The position numbers and the translations under genes were made by a program. Source: Steroidobacteraceae bacterium (lineage in GTDB: Bacteria > Pseudomonadota > Gammaproteobacteria > Steroidobacterales > Steroidobacteraceae). Taken from it: DNA of 43,936 nucleotides. A model generated the notes under the pieces. It was not told where the DNA came from and searched no databases. It saw only the letters and a program-made list of their open reading frames with translations. Each line of letters starts with the position of its first letter. Position 1 is the first letter of the stretch. Of the stretch, positions 11,867-19,761 are shown piece by piece. The stretch lies in the NCBI GenBank assembly GCA_049455515.1, contig JBMTZJ010000001.1:1-43936 (forward strand), read 5' to 3'.

Positions 11867-13215
11867 GGTCGTAGTGTCTCCCGACCGACCGCATCGAGGA
11901 AATCCCCGATCGATCGACAGAGCGTCTCGATGGACGGATGCTGCAACATCGGCGCGGTCAGCATCATGTTGTGGAACGGCGTGACGAGCAGGCCGCGGTT
12001 GAGCAACCAAAGGTGCAGCGCGTGCTCGAGCTCGGGACGCATCGCCGCCTCGGCCTCGCTGCCGTTACGGGGTGCGGGTCCGAAACCGAATTCGAGACGC
12101 GCCCCCACCCGCGACACATGCCAGTCGAGGTCGCGCGCCTGGAATACTTTGAGCAGGCCCTGCTCGAGTAAGGTCGCAGCCGCCTGCATCGAGGCATGCG
12201 TCGACTCGGTGTGCAGATGCTCAAGCGCAGCCTCGAGTGCTGCAAAGGCGAGCGGATTGGCCGCGAGCGTCGTGCCCATACCCGAGTGACCGCCCGACCG
12301 TGAGGCCAAGACGCCCTGCATGCGCGCTTCGACGTCCGCCGAAAACCCGAGTACGGCACAGGGCAGCCCGCCAGCGATCGCCTTACCGCACGCCCAGAAG
12401 TCCGGAGCCAGCCCATGCAACCCTGCATAGCCGCCAGGACCTGAAGACAGCGTATGCGTTTCGTCGATGACGAGGAGCGCGTCGTAACGACGACAAAGCA
12501 CTTGCAGCGCAGCGAGATAGCCGGGCGCGGGCAAGACCATACCGATGTTGGTCATCACGGGCTCGGCGATCACTGCAGCGATCTCGTGCTCGCGCAGGGC
12601 CCGTTCGAGCGCATCGAGATCATTGAACTCGACCGCGACCGTCGCCTGCGAATAATCGAGCGCCGGGCCGATCGCACCCTCGCGCGGCACCGTGCGACCC
12701 TGCCGTAACCGAACCATCGTTTCGTCGACGGTGCCGTGATAGCAGCCTTGAAAGACGAGGATCTTCTGGCGATGCGTGAGAGCACGCGCCCAACGCAGGG
12801 CGGCACGATTGGCATCCGTGGCTGTCTGCATGACCTGCCAAAACGGCAAGCCAAATCTTTGAGCGAGCCTAGAACCCACTGCGGCAACACGCTCGTCGGG
12901 GAGCATGCAGGTGAGTCCGCGGGCTGCCTGATGCGAAATCGCGCGGGAAACTGCGGGCGGTGAATGACCGAACATCGAGCCGGTATCGCCGAGGCAGAAG
13001 TCGGTGTACTGCAAACCATCGACGTCGGTCAGCGTCACCCCCTCGGCCTGCGCGACGAAGAGCGGATACGGCGTACCCCAATCGGCCATCCAGTGCATGG
13101 GCACGCCCGAAAGCCAATGCGCACGTGAACGCTCGGCGAGATCACGCGAGCGGGGTCGACTCGCGACGAACGCGTCCCGCTCACTCTCGAGGAGCCGGGA
13201 CAGCGCGGCGGTCAT
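11863..13215 (-). CDS. Class-III (fold type I) PLP aminotransferase, glutamate-1-semialdehyde 2,1-aminomutase-like
   Basis: The roughly 450-aa ORF contains GDTGSMFGHSPP, QGCYHGTVDE, VIDETHT and the candidate PLP-lysine motif ACGKAIAGGLP. ATG at 13213-13215 shares one base with the FmdB TGA stop (TGATG). A GTG one codon upstream (13216-13218) is also possible. Confidence 0.8.
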   Translation of the reverse strand: MTAALSRLLESERDAFVASRPRSRDLAERSRAHWLSGVPMHWMADWGTPYPLFVAQAEGVTLTDVDGLQYTDFCLGDTGSMFGHSPPAVSRAISHQAARGLTCMLPDERVAAVGSRLAQRFGLPFWQVMQTATDANRAALRWARALTHRQKILVFQGCYHGTVDETMVRLRQGRTVPREGAIGPALDYSQATVAVEFNDLDALERALREHEIAAVIAEPVMTNIGMVLPAPGYLAALQVLCRRYDALLVIDETHTLSSGPGGYAGLHGLAPDFWACGKAIAGGLPCAVLGFSADVEARMQGVLASRSGGHSGMGTTLAANPLAFAALEAALEHLHTESTHASMQAAATLLEQGLLKVFQARDLDWHVSRVGARLEFGFGPAPRNGSEAEAAMRPELEHALHLWLLNRGLLVTPFHNMMLTAPMLQHPSIETLCRSIGDFLDAVGRETLRP

Positions 13216-13640
13216 CACTTCGCCTTGCGAGGTTTGGCGCGGACGGCTTTTGCGGGCGCTTTGCCGCGCGTCGTCTTGGTGGACGTCGGTTTGACCGCCG
13301 AAGGCTTGGCGCTCTCCGATTTTGTGCTCTCGGTTTTCGACGCCTCGGGCTTTGAAGCGTCGGACTTCGTCGCGTCAGCCTTAGGCGTCTCAGCGTCTTT
13401 CGATTCGGACTTCGGCTTCTCTTCGCCGTCTCCCGCCAAATTGCGCTTACGGTCTTGCTCGGACTTGAAGTCGGTCTCGTACCAGCCGCCGCCCTTCAGC
13501 CGAAAGATCGGCGCCGAAACGAGTTTGACGAGCGCGCTCTTGCCGCAAGCCTCGCATTTGCGCAGCGGCTTATCGTAGATTTTTTGTAAGACTTCGGTCT
13601 GCACACCGCAGGACCGACACTCGTATTCGTAGAACGGCAT
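13215..13640 (-). CDS. FmdB-family CxxC...CxxC zinc-ribbon protein with a Lys/Ser/Thr-rich tail
   Basis: The ORF begins MPFYEYECRSCGVQTEVLQKIYDKPLRKCEACGKSALVKLVSAPIFRLKGGGWYETDF, the FmdB-type zinc-ribbon signature. A low-complexity basic tail follows. ATG is at 13638-13640. Confidence 0.85.
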   Translation of the reverse strand: MPFYEYECRSCGVQTEVLQKIYDKPLRKCEACGKSALVKLVSAPIFRLKGGGWYETDFKSEQDRKRNLAGDGEEKPKSESKDAETPKADATKSDASKPEASKTESTKSESAKPSAVKPTSTKTTRGKAPAKAVRAKPRKAK

Positions 13641-13678
13641 GGCGCGAGAGTATAGCGGCTCGGCAAATCAGCGATCGA

Positions 13679-16261
13679 TCATGCGGCCTTGCCGAAACTC
13701 AGTCGCCCGTCCTCCCCCACGCCGACGTGGATACGATCCCCCGGCGCATAACGACCCTGCAGGAGCTGCTGCGCGAGTGGGTTTTCGATCTGCTGCTGGA
13801 TCGCACGCTTGAGCGGACGAGCACCGTACACCGGATCGAAGCCCGCTTCGCCAAGCAGGTCGCGGGCCTTGTCATCGAGCGCCAGATCGAGCCCGCGCTC
13901 GATGAGTCGCTTGCGCAATTGGCCGAGCTGGATGTCGACGATGGCGCGAATCTGCTCGGTACCGAGCGGATGAAACACGACGATGTCGTCGATACGATTG
14001 ACGAACTCGGGACGAAAGTTCTGCTGCACGATCTCGAGCACGGCACTTTTCATGCGCACGTAGTTTTTCTCGCCCGCATGTTCCTGGATCACTTGCGAAC
14101 CGAGGTTCGAGGTCATGATGACGACCGTGTTGCGGAAATCGACGGTGCGGCCCTGACCATCGGTGAGTCGTCCGTCATCGAGCACTTGCAGTAGAACATT
14201 GAAGACATCGGGATGCGCCTTCTCGACTTCATCGAGCAGGATCACCGCATAGGGACGTCGACGCACGGCCTCGGTCAAGTAACCGCCCTCTTCGTAGCCG
14301 ACGTACCCCGGGGGCGCGCCGATCAGGCGCGCGACCGAGTGTTTCTCCATGAATTCGGACATGTCGATACGCACCATCGACTCTTCGGTATCGAACAAAA
14401 ATTCTGCAAGCGCTTTGCAGAGCTCGGTCTTGCCGACGCCCGTGGGCCCGAGGAACAAGAACGATCCGTTCGGACGACGCGGGTCGGAAAGCCCTGCCCG
14501 CGAACGTCGAATGGCGTTGGACACGATGCGTACGCCCTCGTCCTGGCCGACGACGCGACGCGACAGCGCCTCTTCCATGCGCAGCAACTTTTCCTTCTCG
14601 CCTTCGAGCATCTTGGACACCGGGATACCGGTCCACTTCGAGACGACCTCGGCGATTTCCTCGTCCGTCACCTTGTTACGTACGAGTTGTGTCGCCTGCC
14701 CCTCGGCCGCCTGTGCGGCGGCGAGCTTCTTCTCGAGCTCGGGGATGCGGCCGTATTGCAGTTCGGCCATGCGTGCGAGGTCGCTACGGCGACGGGCCGC
14801 ATCGAGTTCGTTGCGTACTTTTTCGAGTTCTTCTTTGATGCCGGAGGCGCCTTGGAGTGTCGCTTTCTCGGCCTTCCAGACCTCCTCGAGATCCGCGTAC
14901 TCGCGTTCGAGCTGCGCGAGATGATCCTCGAGCGCCGCGAGCCGCTTGCGCGTGGCTTCGTCTTTTTCCTTTTGCAGCGCGACCTGCTCGATCTTGAGCT
15001 GGATGATGCGCCGCTCGAGCTTATCGAGCGCCTCGGGCTTCGAATCGATCTCCATTCGAATACGCGCCGCCGCCTCGTCGATGAGATCGATCGCCTTGTC
15101 GGGCAGCTGACGATCCGCAATGTAGCGATGCGACAGCGTCGCCGCTGCCACGATCGCCGGATCGGTGATGTCGACGCCGTGATGAACCTCGTAGCGCTCC
15201 TGCAAACCACGCAGGATCGCGATGGTGTCCTCGACCGACGGCTCGTCCACCAACACCTTCTGGAATCGTCGCTCGAGTGCCGCGTCCTTCTCGATGTACT
15301 TGCGGTATTCGTCGAGTGTCGTCGCGCCGACGCAATGCAACTCGCCGCGCGCGAGCGCCGGCTTCAACATGTTGCCGGCATCCATGGCGCCCTCGGCCTT
15401 GCCGGCACCGACCATGGTGTGCAGCTCGTCGATGAACAGAATGACCTGACCTTCCTGTTTGGCCAAATCGTTGAGTACACCCTTGAGACGCTCCTCGAAC
15501 TCGCCGCGAAATTTTGCACCGGCGATGAGTGCACCCATGTCGAGCGCCAGAATGCGCTTATTACGCAGACTCTCGGGCACCTCGCCATTGATGATGCGCT
15601 GCGCGAGACCCTCGACGATCGCGGTCTTACCGACGCCGGGCTCGCCGATGAGCACCGGATTGTTTTTGGTGCGACGCTGCAAAACCTGAATGGTGCGGCG
15701 GATTTCGTCGTCGCGACCGATCACCGGATCGAGCTTGCCGTCGCTCGCTCGCTTGGTGAGATCGATGGTGAACTTTTCGAGCGCCTGCCGACCCTCTTCC
15801 GCATTGGCATCCTGCACTTTCTCGCCGCCGCGGATTTCGTCGATCGCCTTGTCGACGGCAGCCTTCGAGAATCCGGCGTCCTTCAAAAGTTTCGCAAGCA
15901 GTACGCGATCCTCGAATGCCGCGAGTACGAAGAGCTCACTCGAGATGAACTGGTCGCCTTTCCCCTGCGCCAGCTTGTCGGTGACATTGAGCAGACGCTG
16001 CAAATCGTTCGAGATGTGGATCTCTCCCGGCGTACCCTCGACTTTGGGCAGACGGTCGAGCGCGGCGAGCAGATCACCGCGCAGTCGCTGTGCATTGCCA
16101 CCGGCCTTCGCGAGTAACGGACGGACGGTGCCGCCCTGCTGATCGAGCAGCGCGAGCAGCACGTGCACGGGCTCAATGATTTGATGGTCACGCCCGAGCG
16201 CGAGAGACTGGGCCTCCCCGAGGCCTTGGCGGAATTTTTCGGTCAGCTTGTCCTGGCGCAT
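13679..16261 (-). CDS. clpB: Protein disaggregase ClpB (AAA+ chaperone)
   Basis: The 860-aa ORF has two Walker A motifs ([10 protein letters not shown] and [10 protein letters not shown]), a long coiled-coil middle domain, and full-length ClpB similarity. ATG is at 16259-16261 with GAGGG 8 nt upstream. Confidence 0.98.
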   Translation of the reverse strand: MRQDKLTEKFRQGLGEAQSLALGRDHQIIEPVHVLLALLDQQGGTVRPLLAKAGGNAQRLRGDLLAALDRLPKVEGTPGEIHISNDLQRLLNVTDKLAQGKGDQFISSELFVLAAFEDRVLLAKLLKDAGFSKAAVDKAIDEIRGGEKVQDANAEEGRQALEKFTIDLTKRASDGKLDPVIGRDDEIRRTIQVLQRRTKNNPVLIGEPGVGKTAIVEGLAQRIINGEVPESLRNKRILALDMGALIAGAKFRGEFEERLKGVLNDLAKQEGQVILFIDELHTMVGAGKAEGAMDAGNMLKPALARGELHCVGATTLDEYRKYIEKDAALERRFQKVLVDEPSVEDTIAILRGLQERYEVHHGVDITDPAIVAAATLSHRYIADRQLPDKAIDLIDEAAARIRMEIDSKPEALDKLERRIIQLKIEQVALQKEKDEATRKRLAALEDHLAQLEREYADLEEVWKAEKATLQGASGIKEELEKVRNELDAARRRSDLARMAELQYGRIPELEKKLAAAQAAEGQATQLVRNKVTDEEIAEVVSKWTGIPVSKMLEGEKEKLLRMEEALSRRVVGQDEGVRIVSNAIRRSRAGLSDPRRPNGSFLFLGPTGVGKTELCKALAEFLFDTEESMVRIDMSEFMEKHSVARLIGAPPGYVGYEEGGYLTEAVRRRPYAVILLDEVEKAHPDVFNVLLQVLDDGRLTDGQGRTVDFRNTVVIMTSNLGSQVIQEHAGEKNYVRMKSAVLEIVQQNFRPEFVNRIDDIVVFHPLGTEQIRAIVDIQLGQLRKRLIERGLDLALDDKARDLLGEAGFDPVYGARPLKRAIQQQIENPLAQQLLQGRYAPGDRIHVGVGEDGRLSFGKAA

Positions 16262-16297
16262 GTGCGCTGCCCTCGCGCGACGTTGTCGTTACCCGTC

Positions 16298-16330
16298 TAA
16301 ATTAGGGCATCGGCAGGGCTTTCAAGGGTG
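16298..16330 (-). promoter_or_regulatory. Candidate sigma-32 (RpoH) heat-shock promoter of clpB
   Basis: The minus strand reads CACCCTTGAA-agccctgccgatg-CCCTAATTTA. The E. coli sigma-32 consensus is CNCCCTTGAA-N13-17-CCCCATNTA. The -10 element ends about 36 nt upstream of the clpB ATG. Confidence 0.6.
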
Positions 16331-16353
16331 CGGCGGACCGCGATGCGACCGAA

Positions 16354-17133
16354 TCAGTGCAGTTGCGACTCGGCGAGCATGACCACGGCGACGCCCACCC
16401 CGATCCAGAGCACCTGGAGGGCACTGGCGCGCAGGTCGGTACGTTTGTGCAGACCGGGAATGAGATCGGCGACGGCGACGTACAGCAGGCTCGCCGCCGC
16501 GACCGCCAACGCATAGGGCAGCAAAGCCATCGCATCGCGCAGCGCCCACCAGCCGACGAGGCCGCCGAGCACGGCCGTCAGGCCCGACAGCAGGTTCCAT
16601 GCGAACGCCCGGGACCGACTGAACCCGCCGTGCAGCAGCACCGCAAAGTTGCCGACTTCTTGGGGAATCTCGTGCGCCATGATCGCGAAGGCCGTCACGA
16701 CACCCAAGTGAAAGTCCGTCAAAAATGCCGCGGCGATCAGCACGCCATCAATGAAATTGTGCAGGCCGTCACCCACCATGGTGAGCCAACCCGAAGCCTC
16801 TCGACGGTGGTGTTCGTGGGTGTGAGCGGTCTCCACGGCCTCGGTGTGACAGTGACGCCAGAGGAGGAATTTTTCGAGGACAAAGAAAAGCGCGATACCG
16901 CAAAGCAACGCGACGCCGACACCGTGGACCCGAAACGGCCCGGCGCCCGCCATCGCGTGGGGAATGAGCGCGAGCAGCGCCGTGGCGAGCAGCGTCCCGG
17001 TCGCGAAACTCACGCTGTGGGGCATGAACCGGTCTCTGCGCTCGGCGGGGAGCAGCAGGAAGACGCCAGCGATCAGGGCCGAAAGCAGCCCACCGAGTGC
17101 GGTGAATAGGAGGATCGCCGGGAGGGTGTCCAT
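16354..17133 (-). CDS. ZIP-family divalent metal (zinc) transporter, ZupT-like
   Basis: The 259-aa polytopic membrane protein has a His-rich loop HCHTEAVETAHTHEHHRRE, the conserved ZIP motif HEIPQEVGNFAVLL, and HNFIDG. ATG is at 17131-17133. Confidence 0.85.
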   Translation of the reverse strand: MDTLPAILLFTALGGLLSALIAGVFLLLPAERRDRFMPHSVSFATGTLLATALLALIPHAMAGAGPFRVHGVGVALLCGIALFFVLEKFLLWRHCHTEAVETAHTHEHHRREASGWLTMVGDGLHNFIDGVLIAAAFLTDFHLGVVTAFAIMAHEIPQEVGNFAVLLHGGFSRSRAFAWNLLSGLTAVLGGLVGWWALRDAMALLPYALAVAAASLLYVAVADLIPGLHKRTDLRASALQVLWIGVGVAVVMLAESQLH

Positions 17134-17146
17134 GAAGTGTTATATT

Positions 17147-17893
17147 CTAACACCATATCAACGCCGCCATCCGCCCCGTTCGCTGGTCCCGCCGGTGCGA
17201 GAAGAACCGGACCGGATCCGCAGCCGTGCACCACGACCCGCCCGCGACCGGACCGAGCCCGAGGGCCGTCAGGCGCTGCCGCGCGAGCGCGGGCAGGTCG
17301 CACTGCCACCGGCCCCGCGGGTTCGGGGAGAACGCCCTCTCCGCATCCGCCTGACTCGCGAGAAACGCCGCCCGTACCTCGTCCCCGACCTCGAAGTGCG
17401 CCGGGCCGATAGACGGCCCGAGCCAGGCCACGATCTCGGCGGGCGGAACCCCCATCGCGGTCACCGTCGCCTCCAGCACTCCGGCAGCGAGCCCACGCCA
17501 GCCCGCGTGGGCGGCGCCGAGCACGCGCCCGTCGCGACTCGAGAACAGGACCGGCAGGCAATCGGCCACCTGGATCGCGAGCACGACGCCGGAGGCACGT
17601 GTCACGAGGGCATCGGCGCGAGGCCGCGTGTCGGGGGTCGGGCGCGAGTGCGCGTCGACCTCGAGGACGTCGTTTCCGTGAACCTGATCGAGCCACACGG
17701 GCTCGGAGGGCAGACGCAAGGCGTTGGCGAGCCGACGCCGATTCTCGAGAACGGCGGAGGGGTCATCGCCGACGTGTACGCCGAGGTTGAGCGTGTCCCA
17801 AGGCGGCTCGCTCGTTCCGCCGCTGCGCAAGGAGAACGCGGCGCGTACGGTCGCGGGCGCCGCCCAATTCGGTTCGAGCAGCGGGACGGTCAC
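17147..17893 (-). CDS. pgeF: YfiH/PgeF family protein (peptidoglycan editing factor / purine nucleoside phosphorylase LACC1 family)
   Basis: The 248-aa ORF contains RAAFSLRSGGTSEPPWDTLNLGVHVGDDP, QVHGNDV, ADCLPVLF and AHAGWRG. The GTG start at 17891-17893 overlaps the rluD TGA (GTGA). The order rluD-pgeF matches E. coli. Confidence 0.88.
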   Translation of the reverse strand: MTVPLLEPNWAAPATVRAAFSLRSGGTSEPPWDTLNLGVHVGDDPSAVLENRRRLANALRLPSEPVWLDQVHGNDVLEVDAHSRPTPDTRPRADALVTRASGVVLAIQVADCLPVLFSSRDGRVLGAAHAGWRGLAAGVLEATVTAMGVPPAEIVAWLGPSIGPAHFEVGDEVRAAFLASQADAERAFSPNPRGRWQCDLPALARQRLTALGLGPVAGGSWCTAADPVRFFSHRRDQRTGRMAALIWC

Positions 17894-18852
17894 GCGCTGC
17901 CCTCGCTCTGCTCCAATATTTTGAGCAACTTCGCGAAATCTTTGGGCAAGGGTGATTCGAAACTCACGTCCTTCCCGCTCTTCGGATGCGTGAGCGTCAG
18001 TCGCGCCGCATGCAGCGCTTGTCGGCCAAAAGAGGTGACGGCCTCGCGTACGACCGGTGACACACCAGCGGGCATGCGTCGACGACCCGCGTAGACGGGA
18101 TCACCGACGACCGGATGTCCGATATGCGCAAGATGCACGCGGATCTGGTGCGTGCGGCCCGTTTCGAGTTGCACGCGCACGAGAGTATGCGCGGCAAAGC
18201 GTTTTTCGATTCGGTAATGCGTCACGGCCTCGCGACCGTCGCCGCGCACGGCCATGCGCGTACGCTGGGTCCGGTGTCGTCCGATCGGTTCGTTCACGGT
18301 GCCACCGCCCGTCATCACGCCTCGGCAGAGCGCGAGATACTCGCGCCCCATGTCCCGCTCGGCGAGCGCACGAACGAGCGTCGCCTGTGCTTCCGGCGTG
18401 CGCGCCACGACGAGCAAACCCGAAGTATCTTTGTCGAGACGATGCACGATCCCTGCACGCGGCACGCGCGCGAGCTTGGGGTCGAGCTCGAGTAGCGCGT
18501 TCTGCAACGTGCCCTCTTGAATGCCCGCACCCGGATGGACGACGAGCCCGGGCGGCTTGTCGATGATGAAGATCGAAGCGTCACGATGTACGACACTAAA
18601 CGGCACCGCAGGCGCTCCGGCGCTCACCCGATCATCGGCAACGAACTCGGCCTCGATGCGCACGCGAGCGCCCGGCTGCACGAGCTCGCGCCGCGACGGC
18701 GCGACACCCCCGAGCAGCACTCGACCGTCGTCGATCCAGCGCTGCAATCGCGCCCGCGAATACTGCGGCAGCAATTGCGCGAGGGCGACGTCGAGCCGCT
18801 CGCCCGCCAGGGAATCGGGCAGCGTGAGTTCGTGAATCTGCGGTAGGGTCAT
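17890..18852 (-). CDS. rluD: 23S rRNA pseudouridine synthase RluD
   Basis: The internal Met of track ORF 17890..19080 starts MTLPQIHELTLPDSLAGERLDVALAQLLPQYSRARLQRWIDDGRV (S4 domain). The catalytic motif HRLDKDTSGLLVVA is present. ATG is at 18850-18852. Confidence 0.93.
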   Translation of the reverse strand: MTLPQIHELTLPDSLAGERLDVALAQLLPQYSRARLQRWIDDGRVLLGGVAPSRRELVQPGARVRIEAEFVADDRVSAGAPAVPFSVVHRDASIFIIDKPPGLVVHPGAGIQEGTLQNALLELDPKLARVPRAGIVHRLDKDTSGLLVVARTPEAQATLVRALAERDMGREYLALCRGVMTGGGTVNEPIGRHRTQRTRMAVRGDGREAVTHYRIEKRFAAHTLVRVQLETGRTHQIRVHLAHIGHPVVGDPVYAGRRRMPAGVSPVVREAVTSFGRQALHAARLTLTHPKSGKDVSFESPLPKDFAKLLKILEQSEGSA

Positions 18853-18901
18853 GCGCTCGGATATAATGCCCGTCCCCGTCACCCGGAATCCAACCATCCT
18901 G

Positions 18902-19732
18902 ATGTCACAGCCCATCCGCCAATTCTCCGCCATGCCGCCGCTGCGGCAGCTGCTGCGGACCGGGCTGATGCTCGGCGTGCTACTCATCATCGGCGCATGC
19001 GCCTCGGGCCGAGACGAGCTCGATGCCGCCAAGGGTGGTGCCGGTATCGTGTATGAGCGCGCGCGTAAGGCGCTCGACAACCAGGACTACGAAAACGCCA
19101 TTCGTCTCTACGAGGCGCTCGTGGCGCGCTACCCGTTCGGCCCCGAAGCGCGCCAGGCTCGGCTCGATCTCATCTACGCGTACTACAAAGGCCGCGAGAC
19201 GGAGTCGGCGCTCGATCAGGCCGACACCTTCATGCGCGAAAACCCGACGCACCCTCGTCTCGATTACGCGTGGTACGTGAAGGGGCTCGTCGATCTCGAG
19301 CGATCCGCGAACTTCATCGAGCGCTGGTTCAACGTCGACCTCAACGAGCGGCCGCCGCAGACGGCGGTGCGCGCGTTCAATTCTTTTCGCAAAGTGGTCG
19401 AGGATTATCCTCGCAGCGAATACGCCCACGACGCCCGCCGTCGCATGATCTACCTGCGTAACCGACTGGCCGACTACGACCTCTACGTCGCGCGTCATTA
19501 CATGGAGCGTGGCGCCTGGATCGGCGCAGCCCGTCGCGCCAAAGAAACGATCGAGCGGTACGATGGAGCGCCGGCCGTCCGCGAGGCGCTCGAAATCATG
19601 ATCGAGAGCTACGAACGTCTCGGCATGAAAGAGCTCGCCGATCAAACCCGAGAGATCTACGCCGTCAACTACGGTGGCGTGGCCGAAAAAGTGGTGCCGG
19701 TCAAAAAACCCTGGTGGAGAATCTGGGGCTGA
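18902..19732 (+). CDS. bamD: Outer membrane protein assembly factor BamD (lipoprotein)
   Basis: The ORF has a TPR-like body YERARKALDNQDYENAIRLYEALVARYPFGPEARQARLDLIYAYYK and a lipoprotein signal ending LLIIGAC. It lies divergent to rluD, as in E. coli. The start is uncertain: in-frame ATGs occur at 18851, 18866, 18902 and 18932, and 18902 or 18932 give signal peptides of sensible length. Confidence 0.88.
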   Translation: MSQPIRQFSAMPPLRQLLRTGLMLGVLLIIGACASGRDELDAAKGGAGIVYERARKALDNQDYENAIRLYEALVARYPFGPEARQARLDLIYAYYKGRETESALDQADTFMRENPTHPRLDYAWYVKGLVDLERSANFIERWFNVDLNERPPQTAVRAFNSFRKVVEDYPRSEYAHDARRRMIYLRNRLADYDLYVARHYMERGAWIGAARRAKETIERYDGAPAVREALEIMIESYERLGMKELADQTREIYAVNYGGVAEKVVPVKKPWWRIWG

Positions 19733-19761
19733 TATTCAGCGCCGGGCTGATCGTCAGCGCC
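19726..19761. repeat. Tandem imperfect 18-nt direct repeat spanning the convergent bamD and nadE stop codons
   Basis: The first copy is gggctgatattcagcgcc (19726-19743) and the second, immediately adjacent, is gggctgatcgtcagcgcc (19744-19761). They are identical at 16 of 18 positions. Confidence 0.8.

Noticed and set aside
13649-13654. TATACT (minus strand) 8 nt upstream of the FmdB ATG, suggesting a leaderless transcript.
   Set aside because: I found no acceptable -35 at 16-18 nt spacing (the TTGCCG hexamer is only 6 nt away). The gene is 38 nt downstream of clpB and may simply be co-transcribed with it.
14213-16117. A 634-aa plus-strand ORF antisense to clpB. Similar long antisense or out-of-frame ORFs lie at 9115..10593 (aspS), 3565..4470 (recA), 34701..35744 (secA), 16964..18094, 22922..23887, 37263..38006, 33644..34534 and 26904..28130.
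   Set aside because: All of them lie entirely within genes that have unambiguous family signatures on the other strand or in another frame. Their translations are Arg/Ala/Gly/Asp-rich with no recognisable motifs. Long stop-free shadow frames are expected in GC-rich DNA.
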